NCBI GenBank assembly: GCA_951406725.2 | Contig: OX597840.1 | Span: 2,170,001 to 2,234,000, forward strand | From: Octopus vulgaris | Taxonomy: Eukaryota | Direction: 5' to 3' | DNA length: 64,000 nucleotides | Shown here: positions 1 through 15,685 of the stretch, in pieces | How positions within the stretch are numbered: position 1 is the stretch's first letter | Layout: every line of letters begins with the position of its first letter | Position numbers and translations under genes: made by a program | Notes under the pieces: model-generated | What the model was told of the DNA's origin: nothing | The model's input: only the letters and a program-made list of their open reading frames with translations | Database searches by the model: none

Positions 1-25
1 GAAAAATAGATAGATAGATAGATAT

Positions 26-71
<46 letters not shown>

Positions 72-126
72 TTATAAATTCCACATACACAAACATCACG
101 TATATGTACCCATGTATGCGTGTTTT

Positions 127-316
127 CGCCATGATAAGATCGCTAGCCACTACACATTCTTTATTTTCTCTCCTTGTTTCTTTCTGTGTTCCTTTCTGTG
201 GAAGAACGTAGGCTCGAAACATTAAATACTTTTTCACTTCCCGAGCGTTACACTAATACATCTGTTGTCTAAACCACCTGTCTTCGTCTTTTGTACTTTT
301 TTTGTAAATTCTCCCT
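127..316 (+). mobile_element. Penelope-like 3' terminal (pLTR) fragment, family P1, with degenerate minimal hammerhead at 191-228
   Basis: Reverse complement of 2696-2896 and similar to 51585-51787. Contains CCTTT CTGTGGA A GAAC GTAG GCTC GAAAC and ends ...ctccc followed by (TA)n. Confidence 0.65.
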
Positions 317-1261
317 ATATAAATACATATATATATATTTAGAGTAGATGAAACCATAGCGACTGAAGAAGGGTTTTTTTCTTTGTGTTAATTGTCCTGT
401 ACTCCATATTTTTGTTGTTGTATAAAAAAATGTCCAGTTCCATGGGTTTGTGTCTATGTTTTCGTTTCTCATTGTGTTCGACGTCTTTTTGGTGTCCTGT
501 ACTCATATATGCGTGTATATGTACATGTAGAGGTAGGTACGTACATATATGTTTATATATATGCATATATTTTACTTATTAATGTATATATATATATATA
601 TTTATATAGGGATAGATAGATACGTAGATAAATATATAGATAGATAGAGAGAGTAAGAGAGAAAGAGAGAGAGACAGACAAACAGACAGACAAGTATGTA
701 GGTAGGTAGATAGATAGATAGATAGATACATACATACATACATACATACATACATACGTACATACATAGGTAAATAGATAAATAAATAGAGAGAGAGAAA
801 GAAAGAAACAAACAAACAAACAAGCAAAGAATGAATGAAAGAAAGACAGGCAGACAGAAACAAACGAAAAAGAGATAATTTCATTTTGGTGATTCTCCAT
901 ATAAAGCTGCATGTCAAGACCACCAATGTGATTCACATTTACTGAATCCACCAACTGCTCCATCCCTGTTATGGTAAAATCGTTGAGGCGCACGGATTCG
1001 TGGTAAGGGTGTTGCGCTCATGAAGATGAAGTTGAGGTTTCACTTCTTGGAGCTGGCGATGCGATATTTTCTTGAGGAAAACATTTCATTTCACTTTTGC
1101 GTCCGTACTCCCCCATGCACTCGGTTAGCAAAAGCATCCCGTCAAATGTAATCCTGTCACCGAGCGGTGTTCAGACCAGGAAGGAAATAAACACGCCGCA
1201 GTTGTCTAGAAACAGGTGTCGTGAACTGAGGCCTCGCAATGGAAGTTTTGATCATTTAGGT

Positions 1262-1567
1262 CAATAGTTCCCAAAATGGGAAGATTCAGGGACGCGATGA
1301 AGAATAATGGTGTGTTAATAGGGTGACCAAAACGGGGAAATGGCTGTAAAAACAAAAAACAAAATAAAGGTTAAATTGGTTAAGTTTTATTTGTGAAATA
1401 CTGTTGTTTTGAATTTGCTGTAGATGATGGTCTATATCTGTGAGGGTGAGTGGAAGGGCCTAGGAATTTTGAGTGGAGGGTGCTAAGGATGGTGAGTGGA
1501 GGGGGCTCTAGGAATGTGACCTTTGAACAAAGGGAGCTGTAGCCTGAAAAGGTTTGGGAACCATTTG
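1262..1567. mobile_element. Degenerate hAT (Charlie-like) MITE
   Basis: Left end caatagttcccaaaatggg and right end aaaaggtttgggaaccatttg resemble CAGTGGTTCCCAAA-type TIRs. No clear 8-bp TSD. Confidence 0.4.
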
Positions 1568-1934
1568 TGGTGGGGCAACCGGCAAGCTTAATAACAATCG
1601 AACCCACACCTTGTATTGCACATGTAGTGTATTACCCATTACCCCACCGTACCCACTAAATTGTTTTCCTTTAAATTCAGGAGCTATGATCTCACAATGC
1701 TATGTATATGTCTATGTGTGTGCGCCTAGGGTATGTATTTGTCCGCCCACCACCTCTTGAGAAATAGTGTTGGTGTCGTATCTCCTCAGCAAAAGAGATC
1801 GATAAAATAAATACCAGCCTTCAACAGTTAAATGTGGTTGTCGAATTTTTCGCTTAAACTGTTCAAGATTTTACCCCAAGATGGCCTTAGTCCAAATACT
1901 GAAAAAGTAAGATATATATATATACATATATATA

Positions 1935-2135
1935 CTCTTTATTCTTTTACTTGTTTCAGTCATTTGACTGTGGCCATGCTGTAGTACCGCCTTTAGTCAA
2001 GCAAATCGACCCCAGGACTTATTCTTTTGTAAGCCCAGTACTTATTCTATCGGACTCTTTCGCCGAACCGCTAAGTTACGGGGACGCAAGCACACCAGCA
2101 TCGGTTGTCAAGCGATGTTAGGAAGACAAGCACAG

Positions 2136-2222
<87 letters not shown>

Positions 2223-2380
2223 TACGATGGGCTTCTTTGAGTTTCCGTCTACCAAATCTACTCAAAAGGCTTTGGTCAGCGCGAGGTCATAGTAGAAGAC
2301 ACTTGCCCAAAGTGCCACGCAGTGGGACTGAACCCAGAGCCATGTGGTTGGTAAGCAAGCTACTTACCACACAGCCACTC
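1935..2380 (-). mobile_element. tRNA-derived SINE family A (internal (TA)n/(TG)n tract)
   Basis: Pol III-like head GAGTGGCTGTGTGGTAAG...GGTTCAGTCCC, body GGCACCTTGGGCAAGTGTC, tail GACTGAAACAAGTAAAAGA. More than 10 copies in the window. Confidence 0.9.
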
Positions 2381-2695
2381 GGGGTGTATGTATATTTTAT
2401 ACACACACACGCAAACACATCAAAAATGTTTTTAAACGGATATATTATCCTAGAGGTTACCGTGTTCCTTCTTAAATTTCTTTCTCATATCTCCTGAAAA
2501 ACACTCCATTCAGTTTGCTAATTCCATCAGTTCCAATCCGAAAGAGCAGTAAATAACGACCCTCATAAAACTGTAACTATAATGACACAAGGTTGCATAT
2601 TAAACAATGTGCACTCAATGCAGTTAAAATGCGCGTATGTCCAGAAAATGATGCTGTAAATAACTGTTCTTTTTATACACTATATATATATATAT

Positions 2696-2896
2696 AGGGA
2701 GAGTTTACGAAAAAAATAAAAGACGAAGACAGGTGGTTCACAAAACAAACAGATGTATTAGTATAACGCTCAAGAATAGAAAAAAGTCTTTTACATTTCG
2801 AGCCAATGCTCTTCTACAGAAAGGAACACAGAAAAAAACAAGGAGAGAAACAAGGAGAGAAAAAAATGTGTGTAGTGGCTAACGATCTATCATGGC
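2696..2896 (-). mobile_element. Penelope-like pLTR fragment, family P1, with minimal hammerhead at 2787-2824; element may extend to ~3575
   Basis: Minus strand reads CCUUU CUGUAGA A GAGC AUUG GCUC GAAA UG UA AAAGA. Abuts (TA)n; homologous to 127-316 and 51585-51787. Confidence 0.7.
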
Positions 2897-3576
2897 AACT
2901 CGGATAATAAAACGAATGGTTTACACCGGGTAGCTTACTGGTAAGGCACGGTCCCTTTCAGAGTGACCGTTAGGTAAATAAGTAATCAAAGACAGATGGA
3001 ATATACGAGAATATATTATTAATGACAACAATTGTTTCAACACATCTAGCATCGACTCCTCTTGTGGAACACAGAAAAACTGTTTCGGGTGTATCCGGTG
3101 GTGCAGACGTATCTCGTCGGGTGATAAATAAATGAAAAAAATTTCGTTAATATGACTGTTCCATAATGCAATTTTCCGTTTTGTAGATACAAAAACAGAG
3201 GAAAACTCTTCATATATATAGAAGATCCAAAAATAAAATTGCAGAGGACAAAAACAGAAACGAACACTTAATCCAGCGAGAGAAGTATTTAAAATAACCG
3301 TGAACCGACATGGGAGTATAAACGCATTCGGGCAAGCAGCATGGCACGAGTACACACATTCATACAAGCATTAGCCAAAATATGAGCATGCGCACACGCG
3401 AGGTTAGGCGCCCTCATAATTACAAAGCGAGTTAGATATTTAGTAGGTGTTTAGAAGAACGGGGAGGTTTAAAGTAAATTTAAGTCATCCTTTTACAAAA
3501 GTAAAATAAAATAAAATTACACTAAGTCAACGGTTACTCAAAATTCATTCTTACTGCATCGTGCGAAATCGGGCAA

Positions 3577-3880
3577 ACCAAAGCCTTGTGAGTGGATTTG
3601 GTAGATGGAAACTGAAAGAAGCCCGTCTTATATATTTTTATATATGTATATGGATATGTGTGTACATGTTTGTGTGACTGTGTTTGTCCCCCCAACATCT
3701 ACATTGACAACCGATGCTGGTGTGTTTGCGTCCCCGTAACTTACGTCCCCCGGTTCGGCAAAAGAGACCGATAGAATAAGTACTAGGCTTACAAAGAATA
3801 AGTCACGGGGTCGATTAGCTCGACTAAAAGTGGTGCTACAGCATGGCCACAGTCACATGACTGAAACAAGTAAAAGAGTA
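3577..3880 (+). mobile_element. SINE family A, 5'-truncated
   Basis: Matches body and tail of family A. Confidence 0.85.
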
Positions 3881-5181
3881 AATAGTTAAAGGTAGATAAA
3901 AACTACGTAGTGATAGACAGGTTAATGCAATCATCCGTCTCTTTTGAGGGTGAGTATTCCAGTCGTGTCTATTTAAATTCTTTGGTAATCCACTTCAAAA
4001 GGATGGTTTTCCGTTAGGTTTAAACCTAAGCAAAATCATAACGACCATGAGTAACATGACAAGATTTTTGAATAATAGACATAGCTCATCCTCCTGGCTT
4101 CCATAAACATTCTATCTAAATAATTCCATTTACCGATTTTCAACCAAAACTGAAGAAATATTAAAAGATATGCCCCCATGATATCACGCACACGGATCGA
4201 ACCAAAGATTGCGTGATTTCTAAGCATACGTCTTAACCATTCCTCTGTGTCTACATTCATACATGTATTTATAATGCAGACATACTTCCTTACATTCATG
4301 TAGCAATGTAGCAAAGAAATACACAATAAAATCACACATACCACACAAACACATACACAAACGTGTATGCACACGCTTCTATGTAAATACGTATGCATAA
4401 ATATATATAGTCACATTTATATACATATTTATAATCACCATATATATACATACATATATATGTGTGTATGTATTTGTGTGTGTATATATATATATATATA
4501 TACGCATGACAAATTCAATTTTCTCTGACAGACGATAGCAACGACAGATTTATACAGAACCACCGTCGCACAAAAGGAAGACACTAAAACAAAGTTAAAC
4601 ACGATGTAATAAAAAAAAAATAGTAGAGAAACATTGATGGCTAAGGAAAAAAATTCTCAGTGAGCGCAACGATAGTAGATTCGCCATTTTGTTTATTTTC
4701 TTCTGAAATACATCAATCGAATCAAAAATTAATTGTAAAAAAATGGGAGCAGTATAGTATATTGTATGTATATGCAGGTTCATTTTTATATTGAGTGGTT
4801 TATTGTGTGTGTATAGGAGTACATGTGTGTGAGAGAGGTCTGCCTTTATTTTGTTTATTTGGTGTATTTGTGTATGGGATGGTAGCTAAGTGTTTTTATG
4901 TGTCATTTTGTATGTGTGTATATATATGTGTCACTGGGTATATATGAGCTATTTGTATGAATATATTGCAATTCTCTGTGTATGAGTCTCTGTGTGCGTG
5001 TGTGTATGTATTTGTGTTTATGTGTGTGTGTGTGTGATATGGCATGGAAATATCTGACCCAAGTCCTCCTACATCGGCCTTTGATTTTTACGTGTGTAAC
5101 ACACACGTACACACAATCACACACGCATATATAAACACTCATAAACACATATAAATAAACATATGCATATATACATGAAAT

Positions 5182-5250
<69 letters not shown>

Positions 5251-5318
5251 TGCACAGGCATACATACAGATTTATCTGCACAAACATGCATGCATATATA
5301 CTTATACACACACAAACA

Positions 5319-5400
<82 letters not shown>

Positions 5401-5739
5401 CATTTATGCTGTTATTTTTTCTTCTATCAAGCTATCTGTTCGTTTTTTCTTTATCTTTCTACTTCAGTGGCATGCAATAACGCAACATCACCAAAGCAAA
5501 ACCCCCTACAAAGACAAAAAAAAAAAAAAGACAAGACAAAGAATATTTTAAAAGGAAAAAAAAAAAGGAAAATACAGCACGATAAGAACAGCAACAACAA
5601 CAACAACAACAGCAACAACAAGATAGACAACGCCACTAAAAACATCATTACCAACAACAACCAGAATAGTCACAATATGAAACGGCAACAAAAACAGCAA
5701 CAGGAGCAGGGGCAGCAAAAGTATTGGCGGTGGTGGTGA

Positions 5740-5742
5740 TAT

Positions 5743-5808
<66 letters not shown>

Positions 5809-5833
5809 GGGTGGGGTGCTGCTGCTGTTGGTT

Positions 5834-5881
<48 letters not shown>

Positions 5882-6089
5882 CTAGTGGTGGTGGTGGTAG
5901 TAGTTGTAGTAGTAGTAGTAGTAGTAATAGTAGTAGTAGTAGTAGTGGTGATGGTGATGGTTGTCGTAGTAGTAGTAGTGTTGGTGGTGGTGCTGATAGT
6001 AATATTAGTAGTAGTAGTGTTGGTGGTGGTGGTGGTAGTAATATTAGTGGTACTAGTGTTGGTGGTGGTGGTGGTAGTAGTATTAGTAA

Positions 6090-6124
<35 letters not shown>

Positions 6125-7028
6125 ATAGAAGAAGCCGTAGCAGTAGCAGCAGCAGTAGTAGTAGTGGTAGTAGTAGCAGCAGCAGCAGTAGTATTAGTAG
6201 TAGAAGCAGTCGTAGTAGTTAATAGTGATGATGACGAAGATGGCGACGATTCTGATGAAATATGATGATAATGATGATGATGATGATGATGATGGTGGTA
6301 GTTGTGGTGGTGTTGGTGGTGATGGTTATAATAATGATGATAACTGTGATGATGGAGGTGATGATGATGATGATCATTATGATGATGGCGATAATGTTGT
6401 TGTTGATGCTGGTGGAAATACTGCTGTTCATGATGAAGTTGATGATGATGATGCTGTCCTTATTACTGCTGCTGCAAAAGTGATGATGATGATGAAAATG
6501 ATTATGATGATGATACTGATGATGATACTGATGATGATGTTGACGACGACGACGACGATGATGATGATGATGATGGTGATAATGATGATGATGATGATGA
6601 TGATGATGACGATGATGATGATGATGATGATGAAGGTGATGATGATGATGATGATGATGACGATGATGATGATGATGGCGATGATGATGATGATGATGAT
6701 TATGATGATGATGATGACGGTGATGGTGAAGTTACATTAACTTGAAACACAACTCTGACCAGTGCATGAAAAACAAACACAAAAATAACAACAAGAAAAA
6801 AAAATAATAATACAAAGAACCGACAATAATAAACTGCAAGAAGCGCAACTGTTTGATGGGAAAAAATATACAAAACACACACAGAAAAAAATTTTGAACA
6901 GAATAAGTCAAAAGGACAAAAAATAAAATAAAAAAACGCTCCACGAGAAAATAAAACGGAAACAAGAGCTACAACAACAACAATAATAATAATTAAAAAT
7001 AATAGTATTAATAAAAAGAATAATAACA

Positions 7029-7087
<59 letters not shown>

Positions 7088-7151
7088 GATAATAACAATA
7101 ATAATAATAATAATAATAATAGTAATAGTAATAATAATAATAATAATAATG

Positions 7152-7220
<69 letters not shown>

Positions 7221-7260
7221 GTAATAGTAATAATAATAATAATTAATAATAATAATAATA
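5740..7260. repeat. Compound trinucleotide tracts (AGT/GGT)n, (GAT)n, (AAT)n with a short A-rich spacer
   Basis: Direct reading; source of the poly-V, poly-M and poly-D ORFs. Confidence 0.95.
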
Positions 7261-7264
7261 ACTA

Positions 7265-7475
7265 TTTAAAGACTTGGCGCAAAGCCAGCAAGTTGGGCGG
7301 AGTGGGTTAGTCGACAATATTGAACCCAGTACTCAACTGGTACTTATTTTATCGACCACAAAAGGATGACAGGTAAAGTAGACGTCAGCAGGATTTGAAC
7401 TTAGAATGTAAAATCGGACAAAATGCTGCTAAGCATTTTGCCCGCCGTGGTACCTATTCTGCCAGCTCACTCTGC
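7265..7475 (-). mobile_element. SINE family B-related (CORE/MIR-like), diverged
   Basis: Reverse complement resembles GAGCTGGCAGAA...TTCAAATCC...TAAAATAAGTACCAGTTGAGTACTGGG. Confidence 0.7.
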
Positions 7476-7567
7476 TTACAATAATCCTTTCTACAAAAAG
7501 CACAGGGAGTGAAATATTTTGGTGAGGAAGGGACTAACAAAACTGGCAAAACTGACCATTACGAAAT

Positions 7568-7623
<56 letters not shown>

Positions 7624-7631
7624 TCTTTCCT

Positions 7632-8030
7632 CTCTTTTACTCTTTTACTTGCTTCAGTCATTTGACTGCGGCCATGCTGGAGCACCGTCTAAAATCGCCA
7701 AAATTGACCCCGGGATTTATTCATTTGTAAGCCCAGTACTTATTCTATCGATTTGTTTTGCCGAACCGCTATGTAACGGGGACATAAACACATCGGTTGT
7801 CAAGCAATGCTAGGGGGACAAACACAGACACACAAACACACACACGCATATATATATACATATATACGACGGGCTTCTTTCAGTTTCCGTCTACCAAATC
7901 CACTCACAAGGCTTTGGTCGGCCCGAGGCTATAATAGAAGACACTTGCCCAAGGTACCACGCAGTGGGACTGAACCCGGAACCATGTTGTTGGTAAACAA
8001 GCTACTTACCACACAGCCACTCCTGCGCCT
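7632..8030 (-). mobile_element. SINE family A, near full length
   Basis: Head AGGCGCAGGAGTGGCTGTGTGGTAAG through to the tail on the minus strand. Confidence 0.9.
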
Positions 8031-8031
8031 G

Positions 8032-8067
<36 letters not shown>

Positions 8068-8509
8068 CAAAATCGGTGTTTGTAGTCCGTGAACTAGAGG
8101 TTCCAGAAAAGGTACCGATTAGAATGAGTATTTGGCTTGAGGTTCTGTACTGAGATCGACATGTTCGATTGAATATGGTGGGTGTCCCAGCCTTGTCGCA
8201 GTCCACTGAGCGAAGCAAGTGAAATATATGGCTAACGATACACGAAGGGAGATATATCGATAGGTGGACAAAAATCCGAAGCCTGAAGTGGAACATAAAT
8301 GCATACTAATTTTGCTATTGATGCGAACTATAAAATAACATATGTCCCCTGATAACCTTAAAGTTCTTTACGCTGAATTAGTAACTGAACCTGTTGTCAG
8401 GATTTAAGTGACGTTCTTAAAGCTGCTCTTTCATATTCCGATGTATCATGGTAGAATAAATACAAGTTAGATATAAGGTTATACACACTACCAAAGGCAC
8501 ACACAAACG

Positions 8510-8557
<48 letters not shown>

Positions 8558-8788
8558 TGCCTTTGTATGTGTGTAAGGGGGTAGGTGTAGATATACCCTC
8601 ATATATACATGGTATATATTACGATTGTAGGTGTATAAATTTCATTACGTGTTGTTTGTGTTGTACGTATTCACCTTCAGCAAAATTCATCAATATCAGT
8701 AAGAAAGGTTGAAAAGACACATGCGCACATGCACAGGCACATACATGTGGAACTTGCATGTGGATATATATGATTATGTATCTACATG

Positions 8789-8828
<40 letters not shown>

Positions 8829-8906
8829 TATGCATATATATATATATATATATATATGCATACATATATATGTTGAAGAATATATATATATATATAAATG
8901 TATATA

Positions 8907-8948
<42 letters not shown>

Positions 8949-9087
8949 AGTATGTGTGTGTGTTTATTTGTGTGTCTGTTTGTATGGGCATATATCAGTG
9001 TGAATACAGGTATAAGTATATGCAAATATATATATATATATATATAACATTTTGCATACACACACACGCGCACAAAAATACACACAC

Positions 9088-9146
<59 letters not shown>

Positions 9147-9147
9147 T

Positions 9148-9194
<47 letters not shown>

Positions 9195-9616
9195 CATACA
9201 TACATATATATGAATATGCCTTGACGAGGTGTGTGCGATTTTCTGTGTAAGCATATGACTAAATATTGTGTACATTTTTCTGTACGTATATACCCACATC
9301 TGTGTGTATGTGTGTGTATGTGTGTGTGTTCGGTAATATGTAAGGAATATGTACATTGTAGTGTATCGGTGCGTGGGGATTTTCGTCGATGTAAATACGT
9401 TTGCATATAATACACATTTCTGTGAAATATGAGTTACACTCACAAACGAAAAGACAACGTGTTCCGCCGTAGGCTATTGTTCACAAATTTCTTATTTGGT
9501 TTCAATTTCTCACAGAAGCAACTGCTAATCGAATTATGCCGGAGTACAATGCAATCATTCTTTCTTACTTATTTCATGATCACCTTTTTCTCTCTCTCTC
9601 TCAATCTTTCTCTCAT

Positions 9617-9683
<67 letters not shown>

Positions 9684-9745
9684 ATTTTTCCAATATTTCT
9701 CAAATTCGGTTTCCCTCATTTTCATTTACTTTTTTTGCCTCAGCG

Positions 9746-9779
<34 letters not shown>

Positions 9780-9835
9780 GTATGTATGTATGTATTTATG
9801 TATGTATATATGTATATGTATATATATATATATGC

Positions 9836-9871
<36 letters not shown>

Positions 9872-10071
9872 ATGGATGTATCTGCACGTAGAGATATATA
9901 TGAATATATGTGCGTATATATTTATATGTATGTGTATATAATATATTTATCTATAGTATATATATATCTTATATATATATAAATATATATATATATATTA
10001 TATGACATATATATATTATATATATATATATTATATCTATTATATATTTATATAATATGTATATATATATA

Positions 10072-10130
<59 letters not shown>

Positions 10131-10347
10131 CACCTATGTATATGATATACATGAAAAATATATAGACTATCATAGGCTGATGTATAAAAACCGTCACATA
10201 ACTAAGTTTAATACGTATATATACATACTGTATGTATTTATTTATTACTGTCTATATCTCTCATTCTCTCTCACTCTCCTTCTGTATATACATAAATATA
10301 CAAATACAAATACCATGAGTTAACACATGAATATGTAAGTATATATG

Positions 10348-10394
<47 letters not shown>

Positions 10395-10842
10395 CACACA
10401 TACATACTGACACACTTCTATATATGCTTGCTGGGAGACAGAATGTGCAGCTGCACAGATATGTATATATATGCATATACATGTCTTTGATTATTATTGT
10501 ATTTAATATATTTCCTTCATCCTGGCATTTGTTGACATTGTTGCTCTTAATCTTGCCATTGTTTCTCCTGTGTTTCAGTTTCCTTTAGTTATTTGCACAT
10601 ATATTACACACATACACATCCACACACACACACGCCAGTATACCCACGTACAAACACAAACACGCACGAACACAAAAACACACAACCACAGACAAACATA
10701 CACACACATATATATCTTTCTTTCTTGCGCACACATAAGTATACCTGTGTGTGTATGTGTTTGTGTATGGTTACCTATTCTCCTGGTCGAGTATTTATTA
10801 CCGTGATGTAGCAATATATTAATATATACATGTATACACACT

Positions 10843-10903
<61 letters not shown>

Positions 10904-10925
10904 TTTACAACGGCTTGTAGCAGCG

Positions 10926-10967
<42 letters not shown>

Positions 10968-11002
10968 CATATATATACATATATACATACATATATATAT
11001 AT

Positions 11003-11033
<31 letters not shown>

Positions 11034-11124
11034 ATAAATATATATATATATATATATATAAATATAAATATATATATATGTATATATATATACATATATT
11101 TATTCATATATATATATATATACA

Positions 11125-11155
<31 letters not shown>

Positions 11156-11232
11156 CTGTGTTACTTTTAGTGTATCTGTAGACATATATAATGATATACA
11201 TGCATACTTGTACATAAATCTATACATCTATG

Positions 11233-11270
<38 letters not shown>

Positions 11271-11601
11271 TACATATGTTTGAATATATGTATGCTTTCT
11301 GCATTTTGTATCTCTTTAACTACATGTTTATAAAAACCAGCGCTTAGTTGTTTGTAACTAGATAAGGATTTATATGATATACTGAATATATCAACTGCCC
11401 CTACGTATGAATATGATATATCCTATAACATACATACATACACGCACACATACATAAACACACACACACACATATATGTATATATATGTATATATATCTG
11501 AGGTAGTATTCATAGCATTCATTCTCTGCCACTCAGTAAAAGAAGAATAGCCCATCATTGTCATATATTGGTCAGGCTTCCAATTAGGACAATACTACGT
11601 A

Positions 11602-11678
<77 letters not shown>

Positions 11679-11784
11679 TATGTATATATATATATTTATA
11701 TGTATATATATAAACGTATATGTATGTATAAATGTATATGTATATATGTATATGCATATACATATATATAAATATGTAACCGCG

Positions 11785-11829
<45 letters not shown>

Positions 11830-12741
11830 CTCAAGCACATGCATGTTTAAGTGATTACCTGTATATGGGGATAAACGTTTGCGTACATGCGAGTGTCTGT
11901 TCTTTCGGCTGCGTGGGCAACAATCGTGTGTTTGCTGCCGTGAGTTTCTGCTTATGTGTGTATATATGTGTATGTATGTATATACTTGTTTCTACGTGTT
12001 TGTGCACATCTCTGCTTATGTGTGTTAGTGCGTGTATGTGTGTATGCGTGCGTGTGTTCTCATTCTTTGCATTATTACAACACAAATGAAGAAGAATTGA
12101 AGTCATTACAGGAAATATATATAAAGAAATTTATTGCAAAAGTTCTAGAATGTCAAGAAATATATTTTCATTCCTGCGAAGCTGCCATTGCATGCTGTCC
12201 CTACCATATCGAACTCACACGCACGTTCGCAACAAAGCATGTGCAACCCCATTCGTATACATACATATGTTTCAAATAAACACAAACGCCTGCACAAACT
12301 TACACAAACATAGCCTCACTCATGTTTTTGGTATTAAATATTTATCTTGATATCTAAGTGTCCTCTCGTCATTTTGTCCGTCATTATATTTCATTGTAAC
12401 GTAAGGCTTAACATAAATTCATAGATTCAGAGCTGAGATGCTTTGCTGGAGAGAAAAACGTTCATTGTATGCATTTTCTTAATAATAACACCCATCATTG
12501 CAAAATGGCATAAGGATGTATATACATATATGTGTATATGTGTGTGTGTGTGTGTATATATGTATATAAATATATATGGGTGTGTGTGGGTGTGTATGAA
12601 TGTATTTATATATTATAAATATCCATACTATGCATATATATAACTATAAATTTGTGTATATGCATGTGTGTATGCATCTGGGTACAAATATATATATACA
12701 TATTATGTATTATACATTGTTTTTTCTAAGATATCCATACT

Positions 12742-12790
<49 letters not shown>

Positions 12791-12851
12791 TTATAGGTAT
12801 ATAAATATATCTATATATATATGTATATATATATATTTATAGGTATATATG

Positions 12852-12921
<70 letters not shown>

Positions 12922-13394
12922 AATATATATATATATTTATGTATGTATGTATGTATGGATGGATGGATGGATGGATGGATAGATGTATACTTAACCCATT
13001 CATTCTACCGATTTTCAATACATATCGAATGATAAATCTTTTCAATTATCCATATATAAACCAATAATATACCATGATACCTTCTCCCGCCATACTCTCT
13101 ATATCAACAATCTTTGCCTAGAGAATCCCTATATGCTAAAAACGACACGAGTACCACATCTGGTCACACACTGACATCCTAAGCTATAAGAAGGACACGT
13201 CTAGTAAGAAATGAAAGGTTCCCTCCAATCGAGGCTTCCTTTATGACAATTCTTCGATAATTTTACAGAGCTATAATTCAACAATATGAGCAATTACACC
13301 TTGGTCTGCTGCTTGCTGACTTCATTGTATTTTGTGACATCAGTTCTATAGCTGTAGACTCTGTATTGGGTTCGCTAATTCTACGTTGAAACAT

Positions 13395-13488
<94 letters not shown>

Positions 13489-13497
13489 TTTGGATAA

Positions 13498-14325
13498 GTG
13501 CAGTAGTAGTATAGTAAGAAGCTCGCTTCCCAACCACATGGTACCGGGTTCTGTCCCAATGGGTGGCACCTTGCGCAAATGTCTTCTACCCTAGTTTCGG
13601 ACCTATCGTATGTATATATGTGTAAATATCTATGTGCGTGAGTGTATCATTGTGGGTGCACCCCACAAAAAAAAAAATAACCCTGCATCGCTTGAGGACC
13701 TGTGTTGCTGATTTGGCAAAAGACACCAATCGAATAAATATCAGGCTTTAAAAAATAAGTACTAGTGTTGATTCAGTCGTCTAAAATTCAAGGTTGTGTG
13801 GTAAGATTTCGAAGCACATCGTTCTGGGTTCAGTGACACTACGTGACAACTTGAGCAAATTCTTTCTACTATAGCCTTAGGCCGATCAAAACCTTGTGAG
13901 TTAATTGGCTAGACGGAAACTGAAAGAAGCGCATCGTATGTGGTAAGTAGCTTGTTTACCAACCACATGGTTCCGGGTTCAGTCCCACTGCGTGGCACCT
14001 TGGGCAAGTGTCTTCTGCTATAGCCTCGGGCCGACCAAAGCCTTGTGAGTGGATTTGGAAGACGGAAACTGAAAGAAGCCTGTCGTATATATGTATATAT
14101 ATATAGATATGCGTGTGTGTGTTTGTGTGTCTGCGTTTGTACCCATAGCATTGCTTGACAACCAATGCTGGTGTGTTTCTGTCCCCGTTACTTAGCGGTT
14201 CGGCAAAAGAGACCGATAGAATAGGTACTGGGCTTACAAAAGAATAAGTCCCGGGGTCGAGTTGCTCGATTAAAGGTGGTGCTCCAGCATGGCCGCAGTC
14301 AAATGCCTGAAACGAGTAAAAGAGT
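13498..14325 (+). mobile_element. Cluster of SINE family A copies (old partial copies 13498-13935, young copy 13937-14325)
   Basis: Repeated head, body and tail motifs of family A. Confidence 0.85.
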
Positions 14326-14329
14326 ATAC

Positions 14330-14360
<31 letters not shown>

Positions 14361-15169
14361 CGTGTGTGTGTTTTCCAGATCCTCCATAAGACAATAAAAT
14401 TTCGTTTATGTTTTACTTTGTTCGAAGTTCAAGATTTTGTTATTTTCCCGTGCCTCTGCCATATATAATATATAATTATTTTTAAAAAAATCTTTTACTT
14501 GTTTCACTCTTTCAACTGCGGCCATGCTGGAGTACTGTCTTCAAGTATTTCCAGTCAAGCGAATCGATCCCAATGCATTAATAAAATGAAGCAATTGAAA
14601 ATTTAGTGTGGAAGAGTATTATTTTGGTACATTGCACAAACAGGAGCGCAAATTCATGGCCGCACTTGTAACAGAGTGGAAGACGTTTGTAACGATATTA
14701 CCCCGAGAACCAGAACTGAATTCAATCGCGTGAACTTGAAGCAGCCGTTATCACAGTTGTTGTTCAAAAAGGTTTTGAAAGAAAGGAAAATAAGGATAAG
14801 CGTTTCATTGAAGTATTCATTTTATATTCCAAGCAATATTCAGACAATGGATATTTCAAAAGAAAACCAGGCTCGTTTTACTGTTTGATGATCAGAAACA
14901 AATAACTCTGAGTCCTAGAAATTGGTGCCTTCCAGCTGCAACGTCGTAACGAATATTCAACATTTGTATTGCGTCTTTTAAATAATCGCTTCTGGTGAAT
15001 CAAGATTGACAACCGGTGTTGGTGTGTTTGATCCCGGCAATTTAGCGGATCAGCAAAACAGCCCAGTAGAATCATTGCCAGGACTAAAATCTATAAGCAC
15101 TGCAGTCGATTTGTTCAACTAATAATTCTTCAACGCAAAGTTTCCAACATATAATAATATATGTCAGAG

Positions 15170-15452
15170 TTAGGAATTAGCGAATATTGAAATCAGAGGA
15201 ACAAGAAAAAAATGAAAGGAAAAAACAAGAAGCAACTACACAACTTCATATGGACAAAGCAGTACTTGCTGGAAAAATAGATGGTATTGGCTGATGAAAG
15301 GAACAATAGAATAAGAGACCGAGAGCACTGTATTGGCAGCGCAGGATCAAGCTTTAGCCGCGAACTGAAAGATCATACTTAGGAATGAGCAAGTGTTTCC
15401 GCTGTGTCGTATCTGCAATAGAGTGGAAGAAACCATTGGCCAAATCACAAAC
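15170..15452 (+). pseudogene. R4/Dong-type LINE fragment (post-RT region and start of CCHC zinc finger), with stops
   Basis: Hand translation: WYWLMKGTIE*ETESTVLAAQDQALAAN*KIILRNEQVFPLCRICNRVEETIGQIT. ETE..AAQDQAL followed by CR.C....ETI is typical of R4-clade elements. Confidence 0.8.
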
Positions 15453-15477
15453 GATATATATATATATATATATATAT

Positions 15478-15640
15478 AGGCGCAGGATTGGCTGTGTGGT
15501 AAGTAGCTTGCTAACCAACCACATGGTTCCGGGTTCAGTCACACTGAGTGGCATCTTGGGCAAGTGTCTTCTTCTATAGCCTCGGGCCGATCAAAGACTT
15601 GTGAGTGGATCTGGTAGACGGAAACTGAAAGAAGCCTGTC

Positions 15641-15685
<45 letters not shown>

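Noticed and set aside
127-2896. Inverted pair 127-316 / 2696-2896 as TIRs of one 2.8-kb transposon
   Set aside because: The copies are considerably diverged and a third lies at 51585; they are independent insertions of a dispersed family.
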